Of a DNA stretch of 64,000 nucleotides, positions 1 to 11,181 are shown one piece after another. Source of the DNA: Octopus sinensis. Lineage: Eukaryota. Under the pieces are notes generated by a model that saw only the letters and a list, made by a program, of their open reading frames with translations, was not told the origin of the DNA and did not search any database. Location of the stretch: positions 140,430,001 through 140,494,000 of the forward strand of contig NC_043000.1 in NCBI RefSeq assembly GCF_006345805.1, read 5' to 3'. The position numbers and the translations under genes were made by a program. The stretch's first letter is position 1; the number at the start of each line of letters is the position of its first letter.

Positions 1-70
1 ATGTATACAGACAAAAACATATACTTGTTCACATTTACAAGTGTAATACATGTATACATACATATAAACA

Positions 71-112
<42 letters not shown>

Positions 113-134
113 CTCAGGAGTGGCTGTGTGGATA

Positions 135-525
135 GGCGCAGGAGTGGCTGTGTGGTAAGTAGCTTGTCTACCAACCACACGGTTCCGGGTTCAGTCCCAC
201 TGCATGGCACCTTGGGCAAGTGTCTTCTACTATAGCCTCGGGCCGACCAATGCCTTGTGAGTGGATTTGGTAGACGGAAACTGAAAGAAGCCCGTCGTAT
301 ATATGTATATGTATATATATATGTGTGTGTGTGTTTGTGTGTCTGTGTTTGTCCCCCTAGCATTGCTTGACAACCGATGCTGGTGTGTTTATGTCCTCGT
401 TACTTAGCGGTTCGGCAAAAGAGACCGATACAAAGAATAAGTCCCGGGGTCGAGTTGCTCGATTAAAGGCGGCGCTCCAGCATGGCCGCAGTCAAATGAC
501 TGAAACAAGTAAAAGAGTAAAAGAG
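135..525 (+). mobile_element. tRNA-derived SINE, family A (octopus OR-like), full length with internal microsatellite
   Basis: A-box-like TGGCTGTGTGGTAAG, B-box-like GGTTCAGTCCC, CORE-like CCTTGGGCAAGTGTCTT, central (TA/TG)n, tail AAGTAAAAGAGTAAAAGAG; many homologous copies in the window. Confidence 0.85.
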
Positions 526-897
526 TATATAATTTTATACAAGAATGTTGTTGACTGACTTTGAAGTTTTGGGTAACTAAGCCATTGACGATGGCTTAGC
601 TTCACAACCATGAGTTCTTGGATTCGATCCCACTGCATGAAAAGTTGAACATATTTTTAATGACAGCCTTCAGTTGATCCAAATATAGCGAGTGACAAAG
701 TAGAAACAGAAAGTGTAGAAAACTTCGTTTTTGTATCTGCTTTATTGACTATACCTGCATTCAAAGATTAGCTTCGTTACACTTTCACACTGATTCTACT
801 TGAGAATTATGTTAAGGATTATCTTTCAGAGCAATGTAATACTTAACCACTTTGTCCCGCTATTTCCTGAGTAGGTCTCTAACGAACAACTAGACAC

Positions 898-1005
898 TCA
901 TATACATACATACATACATACATACATACATACATACATACATACATACATACATACACACATACATACATACATACATACATACATACATTCATACAGA
1001 CATAC
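898..1005. repeat. (TACA)n microsatellite
   Basis: Direct tandem TACA units. Confidence 0.95.
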
Positions 1006-1058
1006 ATATATACATATAACAAAGTAAAGTTGTAAGATACCGCACGAGTGGAAATATA

Positions 1059-1362
1059 TATGAAAGAAGGTTTGAAAAGGCAATTTTAAAGATGTTTATT
1101 CACTCGACTTGTTTCACCTTTTTTTAGAAAAAGATTGTCAAAAGTAAAATGTAAAACTCTGCATACGCTTTGTTGTGTTAAGTACTGGTTGTCATAAAAC
1201 TATTAAAATCCATATATACATTCTTTGATAATAATAAGAAAATGTTTAAAACAGTTTACAAGAAAGTATTTAAGAAAGTACTCAACAAAAAGTATTAGGA
1301 GTTCAATGAAAATAATGTTTGTTTTCATTGAAAACATTAAATTGCGTTTTCAAACCTTCTTT

Positions 1363-1366
<4 letters not shown>
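1059..1366. repeat. Fold-back cassette with 28-bp inverted arms
   Basis: TATGAAAGAAGGTTTGAAAAGGCAATTT (1059-1086) is the reverse complement of 1339-1366 with one mismatch; a (TA)n tract follows. Confidence 0.75.
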
Positions 1367-1423
<57 letters not shown>

Positions 1424-1431
1424 TATATATA

Positions 1432-1622
1432 TTCCTGAACCGGGCGGTGCATTGTGTTCTTGAGCAAAACACTTCATTTCACGTTGCCCCAGTTCACTCA
1501 GCTGGCAAAACGAATAATCTTGGGATGGGCTAACATCCCATCCAGTGAAGAATATATATGCCATGGAAATCGGGAAACCGACCTTTATGAGTCCATAGGG
1601 ATCAAGAAGGATGCTCTATCCT
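1432..1622 (+). mobile_element. 5'-truncated SINE (CORE-like block plus V-like block)
   Basis: TTGAGCAAAACACTTCATTTCACGTTG...GGGATGGGCTAACATCCCATCCAG...GGAAATCGGGAAACCG; the 3' part is shared with the SINE at 41754. Confidence 0.65.
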
Positions 1623-1629
1623 TCACCCT

Positions 1630-1668
<39 letters not shown>

Positions 1669-2363
1669 GTGTGTGTGTACATGCATGCTTATGTATGAGC
1701 GCATGCGCACTTGGGCAGCTATGTATCTTCAGTCATATATAAAACTATCCTGGTTTTTAAAATTATTATAATCTTTATTACAGTAAACTACTATAGAGGC
1801 TTGTGTCTGTGTATTTAAGTATGTATACATCTATGTATGTGTGTATGTATATTATACTTGTGCATAGGTTTGTATTGTCTGTGTATGTGTATGTGTATTC
1901 ATAAGGAGATATGTGTATCTACACACAGACATATATATGCGGATACAGATTTATTCATAGACTCTTATACACATCATATTGATGCGTTTTAGAAATATGT
2001 TTTAAAGAGAACTGGGAACGTTTTCTCCTAAACGAATCGTTTTTATGATTTGAATTAATATCTCTGAAGGGACATTTTTTTTTATTTCACTGGAATATAT
2101 TAATTTCAAACTGTTTCAAAATGAATTTATATGGTTTGGAAATTCGTAAATTCAGTAAAAAATATGTTTCGGAATTTACCATGTCTGCATGTGCCACTAC
2201 AAAAATATGCAAAAGCAAAATTTTCTGCTTTATCACAGTCTTCTCATACAGACAGATTAACTGCATATTGAACCAAATTCTTGAGTCTCCAAGGAACTTT
2301 ATATATGCTATAAGAGTTTAATGATTTCAGTTGCCTTGAGGTTTGTAAAATCTAACTTTTCAG

Positions 2364-2416
2364 ACCCTTTTTGTTTTGTCTGAATGTGCAGAAGAGATAC
2401 AGAAAGAGGAGAGGGT
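2364..2416 (+). CDS. Putative exon of unidentified host gene (TLFVLSECAEEIQKEER+2 nt)
   Basis: Acceptor tctaacttttcag, donor GT|gtaagt, open frame, phase 0 to 2; compatible with the exon at 4350. Confidence 0.4.
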
Positions 2417-3098
2417 GTAAGTGGTGTTGATGTATATGTCTATGGATCCGATATATTTGCCTTTAGCAGAAGGAACAACACTTTTCATAATCAAACAAAG
2501 TGCAAGGAAAAAGCGTTAGATTCTGTATTTCCCGCGGCAATTTTATTTATTGAATTCTCTTATTTGTTTAATTGTTACTGATGCAGACCAGCTCCAATTT
2601 CTAAGGATTTTTTTCAATTGTACTCCATTACCTGTAGCAACAACATCTTGCTAAACATCTATAGATTCTTCTTTCATATTTAATATGCAAGACCTCAATA
2701 TTTGGAAAGATTGCTTGGCTAGTTAGAAATAACAGCAAGAATATTTCAAATCATATCTTCAGAAAAGGAAGAACCCATTGCATAATGTAATTCTACATAT
2801 ACAATGCTTTTGATCACAAGTTTGCTCAAAATTTACTAAGAGCTAGACATCATAATCATACAATAAAAAAGAGAGGCTTGTGATGAAAGTTAAAAATCTT
2901 ATCTAGCAGTGCAGTTCAGCTCTAACATATTTTTTATTAACTGATGTATTTAAATGATTTCTGGTGATTTATGCAGGCCTTAAGTATGAAACGAATAATA
3001 AAAAAAAAAATTAGACATCGAGATAAAAACTTCATTTCACTATAAGTTAATGAACCAACTGTTAATTCCATAGCAGTGGATTATACCATTCACTCATA

Positions 3099-3259
3099 TG
3101 ACCCCCTCATATGCCATTACGCTACGGTTTTTTTTTCTAATATACACAATATAGTATTAGTCCAAACTATACCTAAAAAGTCAACATGGTCAATTGCTAG
3201 AATGCCTTTAATGAAGCCTGCTTGATGAAGTTTGATCTAAATCTGAGATTAAACAACAA
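3099..3259 (+). repeat. Left arm of 161-bp inverted repeat (partner 4773-4933)
   Basis: Differs from the reverse complement of 4773-4933 by one substitution and two 1-nt indels. Confidence 0.95.
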
Positions 3260-3315
3260 AAGACCAAAAACTGATTACTGAATGTACACACACACACACA
3301 CAACACACACACACA

Positions 3316-3353
<38 letters not shown>

Positions 3354-4136
3354 CTATGCACATGCCAAACTACGAGAATGGGTGCTCAACACCACATTGG
3401 TGGATTATCCTAGAGTAGCACCCCTTGATTTCTTGTTTTCTTAACAAGACATTTTGCATGTATGTGTATATATATATATATATATAAGTAAAAAGTAAGG
3501 GATTACCCCAAAATGATTACCATTTTGCTCTCTGGTAATGTAATTCAAATTATGTTATTCAACAGTTAACATACAAATCCAATAAAATTCGACAATTTAC
3601 GAGTGATTCTGTTGACTGTTGTATGCGATTGTTTGACATTTAGGAAGTGGAGCTAAATCTCTTTAAAATCCCGTCTTACCATCTTAAAAATGATATCTAA
3701 GAATTCACTGCTTAAGCAGTGGGATTGTAATACTTTTTTGTTTCATATATCTACTCAATAAGGGCTATTCAGTTGTCAAGAACAACAATTACTCATATAT
3801 CTGAGTGTGATGTTATTACACATACGAACATATCTGACTGCATTAACTCACTCACTAAAGATGCTGTAGCTATTAACTTATATATATATGTTTGTCTATT
3901 TCTTTTATCACTGCAACAATGGTTACTGCTCTACGAAACAGGCATACCTCGACGACCCATACAATCCTGATGCAACCACCTAACATCCTTTTTTCAAGCC
4001 TATTATTTACTCAATATTTTTCCTCCATAACTACAGCATTCTGTACATAAAAATGCTTCTTTTTCTACAAATATCATTACTGGGGAACTGGCAGAAACGT
4101 AGTTGTTTAGAAGAATAAGAACATTACTTAAAATAC

Positions 4137-4292
4137 CTGACTGTAATAATCTTGGCTCTCTGCATACTGAGACATGGTGATGGCAACTTTGCCATTTGCT
4201 TTTTAGAAGTCCGTAAATAAAGTATTAATTCAATGTTGAAGTCATGTCTTTTCTTTCTGTTTCTTTCTGAAAAATCTCTGCAGCGTTCACAC
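4137..4292 (-). CDS. Candidate antisense exon (CERCRDFSERNRKK...AKIITVR)
   Basis: Acceptor cctatttctttctag, donor CAG|gtattt, 156 nt open, phase 2 to 2; no homology recognised. Confidence 0.25.
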
Positions 4293-4349
4293 CTAGAAAG
4301 AAATAGGCATTTCCAGATTTTAAATGTGAAAGACATTCTTTATACGTAG

Positions 4350-4409
4350 ATCTCCTATGCACCATCAAGAGAGGAGGAGCTTGAGGGATCATCAACCTAT
4401 AAAGAACCG
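4350..4409 (+). CDS. Putative exon (SPMHHQERRSLRDHQPIKNR)
   Basis: Acceptor ttctttatacgtag, donor CG|gtgaat, phase 2 to 2; links exons 2364 and 4653 in frame. Confidence 0.4.
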
Positions 4410-4652
4410 GTGAATGTAACCTCTTAGAAGCAGCATTCACAACCAGCTCCCCTGATATGCAGAGAGAGATAACCTTGAGTTCTTTATGTTTATTTCAGCA
4501 GATACCAATTAATAGTTTGAACATTTGAACGCAATACCAAAATACCTAAATCTCAATGACTGAGACCAATAGGTTTAACTTAATCTTCTCCAGCTCCAGT
4601 TTAGATCTGTGGGTGAAGGTACTCTGCTGTGACCGTCCCAGTTTATTTTCAG

Positions 4653-4704
4653 CATCGCGTTTCTAATGAAATTGCTTGATATTTTTAAAGATATGGAATA
4701 TGAG
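4653..4704 (+). CDS. Putative exon (IAFLMKLLDIFKDMEYE)
   Basis: Acceptor gtttattttcag, donor GAG|gtaaga; only one frame open, phase 2 to 0. Confidence 0.55.
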
Positions 4705-4772
4705 GTAAGATACATTTTGCTACTACTTGTAGCAGCTCAAATTACCATATATAAACAGATTCCACGGATTGA

Positions 4773-4933
4773 TTGTTGTTTAATCTCAGATTTAGATCAA
4801 ACTTCATCAAGCAGGCTTGATTAAAGGCATTCTAGCAATTGACCATGTTGACTTTTTAGGTATAGTTTAGGACTAATACTATATTGTGTATATTAGAAAA
4901 AAAACCGTAGCGTAATGGCATATGAGGGGGTCA
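4773..4933 (-). repeat. Right arm of 161-bp inverted repeat
   Basis: See 3099-3259; fills most of the putative 247-nt intron 4705-4951. Confidence 0.95.
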
Positions 4934-4951
4934 TTTGACTGCTATTTCCAG

Positions 4952-5008
4952 AATATAGAGGAACTGCATAAACACTTCTTCAATGGCTTCAAATATTTTC
5001 TGTTGAAA
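4952..5008 (+). CDS. Putative exon (NIEELHKHFFNGFKYFLLK)
   Basis: Acceptor gactgctatttccag, donor AAA|gtaatg; only the phase-0 frame is open, matching the preceding exon. Confidence 0.5.
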
Positions 5009-5056
5009 GTAATGGTGATGTGACAGAGGGTAATATTGATGTAATAACGGTCAGAT

Positions 5057-5187
5057 TCATGATTCTGGTTGTCTTGGTGTTATAGTTATTAACTGCTTTT
5101 TGATACTGCTATAGATGACAACGACGATGATGACGGTGATGATGTTTGATAATATAATGATAGTAGTGATGCTGGTGGTGGTGGATA

Positions 5188-5218
<31 letters not shown>

Positions 5219-5450
5219 ATTGGAAGTGGTGGTGGTGGAAGTGGTGGTCGTGGTGGTGGTGATGTTCATGATTATCATGATCATGGCGGCAGTGATGATG
5301 ATGATGCTTAGGACGGTGTTATTACTCTTTATGCCTCTAATAATATTGGCGATCAGCAGGAGAACAGGATGAGAGAGAGAGAGAGAGGGGGTAGGAAAAA
5401 AGAAAGAAAGAAAGAAAGAAAGAAGGAAAGAAAAAAGAAAGAGAAAGCGT
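5057..5450. repeat. Degenerate (GAT/GGT/GTT)n tract followed by (GA)n/(GAAA)n
   Basis: Low complexity; source of the poly-T and poly-V/M pseudo-ORFs. Confidence 0.9.
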
Positions 5451-5859
5451 TTCTATCACGTGTATATGTGTGCATGTAATAGAGAAAGAAGACTGAAGAT
5501 GTCTGACTTATTATGAGCAAATTTCGTGCTGCTGCACCTCTCTAATACAAAAACAAGATTCCAGCATGATACATTCTTGAGAAGACAGCATAAAGAATGG
5601 TTTTGCCTTCTTCAAGAACACTGACAGCTTATATCCTCCTCGTAAGTGACATATTCAAATATACGTCCTACTGATTAGAGCGGAATAAATGACTTCCAGA
5701 TTCAATTGAAACGATAGAATTTCCTGGCAATCGAAGCAAAAGTGTCTATATCTCAAGGCCTTTCTGTCTCTTTTAGGATTCTTTATTCGCTGCCATATTG
5801 CTTTGGCAGTAATCAATTGTCTTTTTTTTCTTTTCTTTTTCTTTTTCTTTTCACTGAAG

Positions 5860-5947
5860 AATTTGCTCTGGAGATTCTAAAATGATTGTTTGTCTCATGA
5901 GTATATTGAAACAACTGGTAAATTCCCAACAGTACTGCAATACCGAG
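5860..5947 (+). CDS. Putative exon (ICSGDSKMIVCLMSILKQLVNSQQYCNTE)
   Basis: About 30-nt polypyrimidine tract before aag, donor GAG|gtatca; single open frame, phase 2 to 0. Confidence 0.45.
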
Positions 5948-7721
5948 GTATCAAATTATTTCTTCCTCAATCTAATCTAGTCGATCCCAATAAATAACAA
6001 AAGACGGAATTGTTTAGAAATTATGCGCTCCTTCATGGTTTTACAAAGCAATTATAATAAGTTGTATTTGTAACTGAAGAAAGGAAACTTTGGAAATCGG
6101 TAACAAGCTGAACATTAAATCTCATTCTGACAACTAAACAAGTTTCTTGTTAATGGATATATTCTCATAATTGTTCTCATACATAATGCTACTTAGCTGT
6201 TATTTTCTTTAATTTCTGGAATCTTTCGATAATTCGATATTTTCTTATTTTGAAGAAGATACTAAAGATATAATCTCATAAGTGCTGAGTGTAGAGTCAG
6301 GCAATTTTGATCAATCTATGACTCGTAAGTTGGGTTTCTACATCATGTAGGTAGCCAACCAGTTCTACATCATTGGAGAAAAACTGTGTACAGACACATG
6401 TATGGTGTTAGTCGAAAATAATATCATCTATCGTTTTATCTTGTGCATTTGGATTAACAGATATATTTTCTATTATTATTATTGTGGATCACAGTAATAA
6501 TGTAAGTTCCAGTAAGACTAGAGCAAAAGGAGATACACTTCCGCCACATAGATTTTACATCAAAACCCGATCCATGGGTTTCTTTATTAGATTCTGTTTT
6601 ACGTCTTCGGAATAGGCCTCCTGCTTGAGGACATCTCTTTATCTTTCTGCATTTCTTCCTACCGAAGCAATATTCAGGTCTTTATTTCTTTTATCTTTTT
6701 ACTTCACTGTAAATAGATCATGTCTTCCCATTGAGTATACATAAAACTGCCTGGAGATATACTAAGCAAAACTCTCTGTCTAACCGTTTGTCCCATTAGA
6801 TTGTAAAATCTGAAATTTTCGCTGACACAACCAAGACCAACGGACATGTCACTGTATTGTCACTGAAAGCTTATCGTCATTAGCTGCATCCCAAAGGCAT
6901 TGTTTTCGGCTGGAAATTGAAAAAAGCATCACGTGACATTTTGTTTAACACCTTCTTAATTCTGCTAGTCTTAAAGTAAGATCAAGTCTGCTGTCATATT
7001 GAGATAGATTCTGCAGAATGCAATATCTCAATAAACCAAGCATATGTGAGATTCGTTGAAGGCTGGAAAAAACCGTCTTTTAGAATTATATTGCATTTAT
7101 TGTATACATGTTTGCATGAGTTTATATTAACATATATTTTTTTCAAAGCATACGCAATGGATCAGAGGGCCTACAAAATAAAATTGTGTAAGTTGCTTAT
7201 GTAGCGACATTTCGAAAGGATATTATTTTGATGTATTGTCCCTAATACACATTTCCTCGTGTAGCTCAACTGTTAGTTAGAATGTACAGGTGAGAACAAT
7301 AAATGAGATCCATCAACAAATTGGACAGGTGAACAGTCTTGTAAGCAATTTTCTAAGGGGCTACTTATCAGCTGACATATCAACCTGTATACTCTTCAGG
7401 GTATTGTTCAGGATTCCACCTCTTTTAGATGGTCTATTTATAAGGATTAAAACTGCTTATAGCAGCAGCTCATGTGTCATGTTTTTCTCTTCTCTTTTGA
7501 CAACCCCAAAATTTTCATATATGACCAACGAAACAAAGTTAGGTGTGTTTAAAATCTAACCAACAATTCTACATCTGCTATGTAAATATTCTTAGACTCA
7601 ATTCAAACTAACCTCACTCATACCTTCTACTAACATGCGAACCCTATATTTCATTCCTCTCTGTGACGTGAACCTCAGACTCTGCATCTCAAGATGCACT
7701 CTGACAAGTGTCTCAACACAC

Positions 7722-7930
7722 CTTTTATCTTTTACTTGTTTCAGTCATTAGACTGCGCTAATGCTGGGGCACAGAATTTTAGTCAAATGAATCGATCCAT
7801 ATACATTCAATTAAGCCTGGTTCTCATTCTATCAATTTATTTTGCTGAGCTGTTACACCGGTTATCAAGCAGTGGGTTGTGGCAAACACAGACTCAAATA
7901 CACACACACACACACACATATATCATACAC

Positions 7931-7981
<51 letters not shown>

Positions 7982-8150
7982 TGTACATATATATATTTAT
8001 ATATACAACAGGTTTCTTTCAGTCTCCGTCAGCCAAATCCACTTTCATCGGCCCAAGACTATAGCAGAAAACACTTGCCCAAGGTGCCACACAGTGGGAT
8101 TGAACCCGGAACTATGTGGTTGGGAAGCAAGCTTCTTACCACACAGCCAC
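7722..8150 (-). mobile_element. SINE family A
   Basis: Reverse-complement homolog of 135-525 with central (CA/TG)n. Confidence 0.85.
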
Positions 8151-8873
8151 GTGTGTGTCTACTTTTATACTGTCCACTTTTATCTGGATTTCAGTCAGAA
8201 AACGACTTTCAAACACTTAAAATTTTCCATCCCGACCTCTTTCTAAACTTCCCAAAGTACTATCAGAAGCCATTGGTGCATAGCTATATGTTGTACAAGA
8301 GTATATTAAGGTCTCAAGAGAGTGTACTTGCATATTTTATGATCTAAAATTTTCTCTTATGATCGATTGTTTTATTATATCTAATGTTATATATATTCAA
8401 TTTATTTTTTATTGATATTTTAATACAATTGATAAATTTGAATGAAATTAAAAATCAGCATCATCATCGTTTGCAAGTGGCTCATGTGTTTTGATCATTT
8501 GTGCGATTTCAAAAGCTTTCACAGAATACATGCAAAGCTGATTGGATTGTTTTGCATGGAATAAGATTATAAAGTGGTAGGCTTTCCGTTACTAGTATTT
8601 TCCAAGTTTGAAGGAAACAAATATTAATTTTTTCAAAATTATGTTGAAAAGATAGACATTTCAAACACTGCAACTAAGACATTTTATGCCCTCCAAACTT
8701 TCACAAAAATGTAGACTGCATATAAAGAAGCTAACATGAATAAGTACTTAAAAAAGAAGACAGGTTGAAGTATCAAAAGTAGAAGCATATCAGACCTTAA
8801 CACACTAAAAAAGCATTAACCAAAATTTTAGTGAAGAAAACAGCAAAACATTCTCATCTCCATTTATTACCAG

Positions 8874-8985
8874 CAACAAGGGAAGATTAAACGTGATTCA
8901 GTAAAGAAAAATAGAGTGTGGCACATGTATGAAACCAAGACAAATGCTTCCTTACTCGACACATTTTTTCAGAAGTGGGAGAAGA
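8874..8985 (+). CDS. Putative exon (QQGKIKRDSVKKNRVWHMYETKTNASLLDTFFQKWEK)
   Basis: Acceptor ttctcatctccatttattaccag, donor AGA|gtaagt, 112 nt open, phase 0 to 1. Confidence 0.55.
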
Positions 8986-9089
8986 GTAAGTTACATCTGC
9001 ATTGCAGTCACTCACAAAGGTACTTCTGCTGGATGCACTAGTTAATTTATGGAAGGATGTAGCTTACATTATACAGGGTAGAATATATA

Positions 9090-9486
9090 CACCTACCTGG
9101 TTTTGTAGACCAAGATTCACTCCACTTTATCCGACTTTACTGTGGTTACAGCGTCTTCATTTGCTTTTCTTTCTGTCTTGAAATGGACCACAATTGTTCC
9201 GTATGTACTTCCTCTCTCAATATATGTTATGTCTTGGCAGACGGAGCACAACGTCTTTTCTGTTATTTCTACTACTACTCCGAAGAGGCCAATTCGGACC
9301 CACTAAGGTCCGATTAGAATATATTCTTTACCATTGCCAAGGCTAACTCTCCTGAAAGGCGCAGAAAATGCACGACCAGAATACCACCGCAAAGCAGCAC
9401 ATAGTAACCGACAGTTCTTCCCACAATCAGCAAATACACCAAATCAATACTAACACTATGTAAAGCGTGAAAAAGAATGTGAGATG
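9090..9486 (-). mobile_element. Internally deleted 5' fragment of a Tx1/L1-like element (5'UTR plus partial ORF1)
   Basis: Homologous to 10981-11181 and 10620-10740; encodes YGTIVVHFK. Confidence 0.8.
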
Positions 9487-11181
9487 ATTTTCTATTATCC
9501 ACAAGGGGCTAACGAAGAGGGGACAATACAAACATGTGGGAACATATAAAAACGAAAACAAAAATAAATAAAAATGAAACAAAAATAAATAAAAATGAAA
9601 CAAAAATAAAAAATTTAAATGTATGACATACAAGAATGATACAAAGAAAATGATAATGAAAATGAGCTACTTGCCCCACTTCAAGCAGCATCACTTGCTT
9701 CCTTTTATACTTTAAATTCCGAATCCTCTAAAATGTCTATACCATACTCCTCGGTCAGCTGCTCGTACATTATATCGTCTGGTATCGTCTTTAAGTCACA
9801 ATTCACCTTCCAACACTTATAACCCCTCTTGAATTTCAATATTTCGTCTTTTTCACTTTCAGACACCAGAACACATGAGTGCCATCCAGCAATGTTTGTC
9901 CATCCTTTGACATGGACAAATCTTGGAGTCTTCCATTTTGTTATCATATTGAGCAGTTCCTTTTCCACACCTTTAACTATCATGCACTCGAAACAATTAT
10001 CAGTGGGGGGGGGGCAGTTTGATTCTTGTGTGTTTGTATTTCTTTTTTTCTCTTGCTTTGTTTCGGAGGTGAATGGGTGGGTTTAGTGTCTGTGGGGGAA
10101 GGGTGTTTATGAGAGGGTATGGGTGGGCTGGATATGGTTTACAGTTCTACTTCACTCTGTCCTTTCTTCATCTTCCTTTTTCTTCCTTCAACTACCATCC
10201 ACTGTTCTTCGTTTCTTTTTTCTTCCTGTTGCACATTTTCCGGCTCCTTTCTAACTTCCTCCGGACTTCTCGTCTTTTGCAGAGGGTAGTGTGCTCTAAT
10301 GTGCTCTTTTTTCCACATTAAAAGCAACGAGACGTTCTGCCCTCCACCCACACTCTCAACACTACATCTCCAATGGTCATCGTCTTCACCACATTTTCCA
10401 GTGTTTCTGCAGTGCCCTGTATGATCAGGTTTAAGGTCTAGTGTTTGGCCTTTCCATATCGAATTTTCTGTTTTCGTGGCTTGGAGGGCGGCTATTTCTT
10501 CTTTACTCCCTAGAAGAACAGCCGCTGCAACCTTAGCCATATCTATTTCCGGTGGGATTCCCTCCACCCTAAATCTGGAAGTCTTTCTTCCAAGATAAGT
10601 GGGTAGAAGGACCAATTTGCTTGATTTTACTGTGGAGTGTTCTTTTGCTTTTCCTTCTGACTTGAAATGAACCACAATTGTTCCGTATCTGATTCCTCTG
10701 GCAAGACTGAGCACAACACCATTTCTATTATTTCTACCTCAGCATTTCCAATTTTCCTTTATTCCACCGAGTACACCATATTTATTACTGTTTTCTTATC
10801 CATTTCTTCTTATACTTTCTGTGGTGGCGGCAACTAAAACGTCACCACCTATCCTACATGCTCCTTTCTCGTATTTCTCCATGTTTGTCAGGTCCACCTC
10901 CTTGTTTGTGACTTCAGTCACTTCTGCAAAACTTTTCTTCCTTAAGCACTTGTCTATTCTATCAACTGCTCGTACAAGCTCCTCCTCCGAAGAGGACAAT
11001 TCGGACCCACGAAGGCCCGAATAGAACACGTTTCTTACTGTTGACATTTCTGACCTTCCTCAAGGCGGAGAGGAAGCACAACCAGAAACAGCTGTAAAGT
11101 AGCACAAGACAGTCGACTATTCCTCATGCAATAAGCAAATACACCAACACTATTTAAAGCGTGAGAAGGAATGAGAGAGTG
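9487..11181 (-). mobile_element. ORF1-only (HAL1-like) non-autonomous Tx1/L1-type retroelement, decayed
   Basis: 5'UTR; gag-like ORF1 from ATG 11047 with stops and frameshifts (RRM-like YGTIVVHF...LLPTYLGRKTSRFRVEGIPPEI; degenerate CCHC knuckle CF*CGKK/EHIRAHYP); P/S/T-rich linker; 92-aa segment 9705-9983; U-rich 3'UTR ending GCCCCTTGTGGATAATAGAAAAT; no endonuclease or RT sequence. Confidence 0.7.

Noticed and set aside
135-210. tRNA genes at SINE heads (also 19870, 41754 and 63148)
   Set aside because: A/B boxes are present but no full cloverleaf, and each continues into a SINE body.
3200-3259. TTGATGAAGTTT...AAAC in the 161-bp inverted repeat as a hammerhead
   Set aside because: AACAA follows instead of GAAA.
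7694-8347. 217-aa ORF
   Set aside because: Reads through an antisense SINE and its microsatellite.
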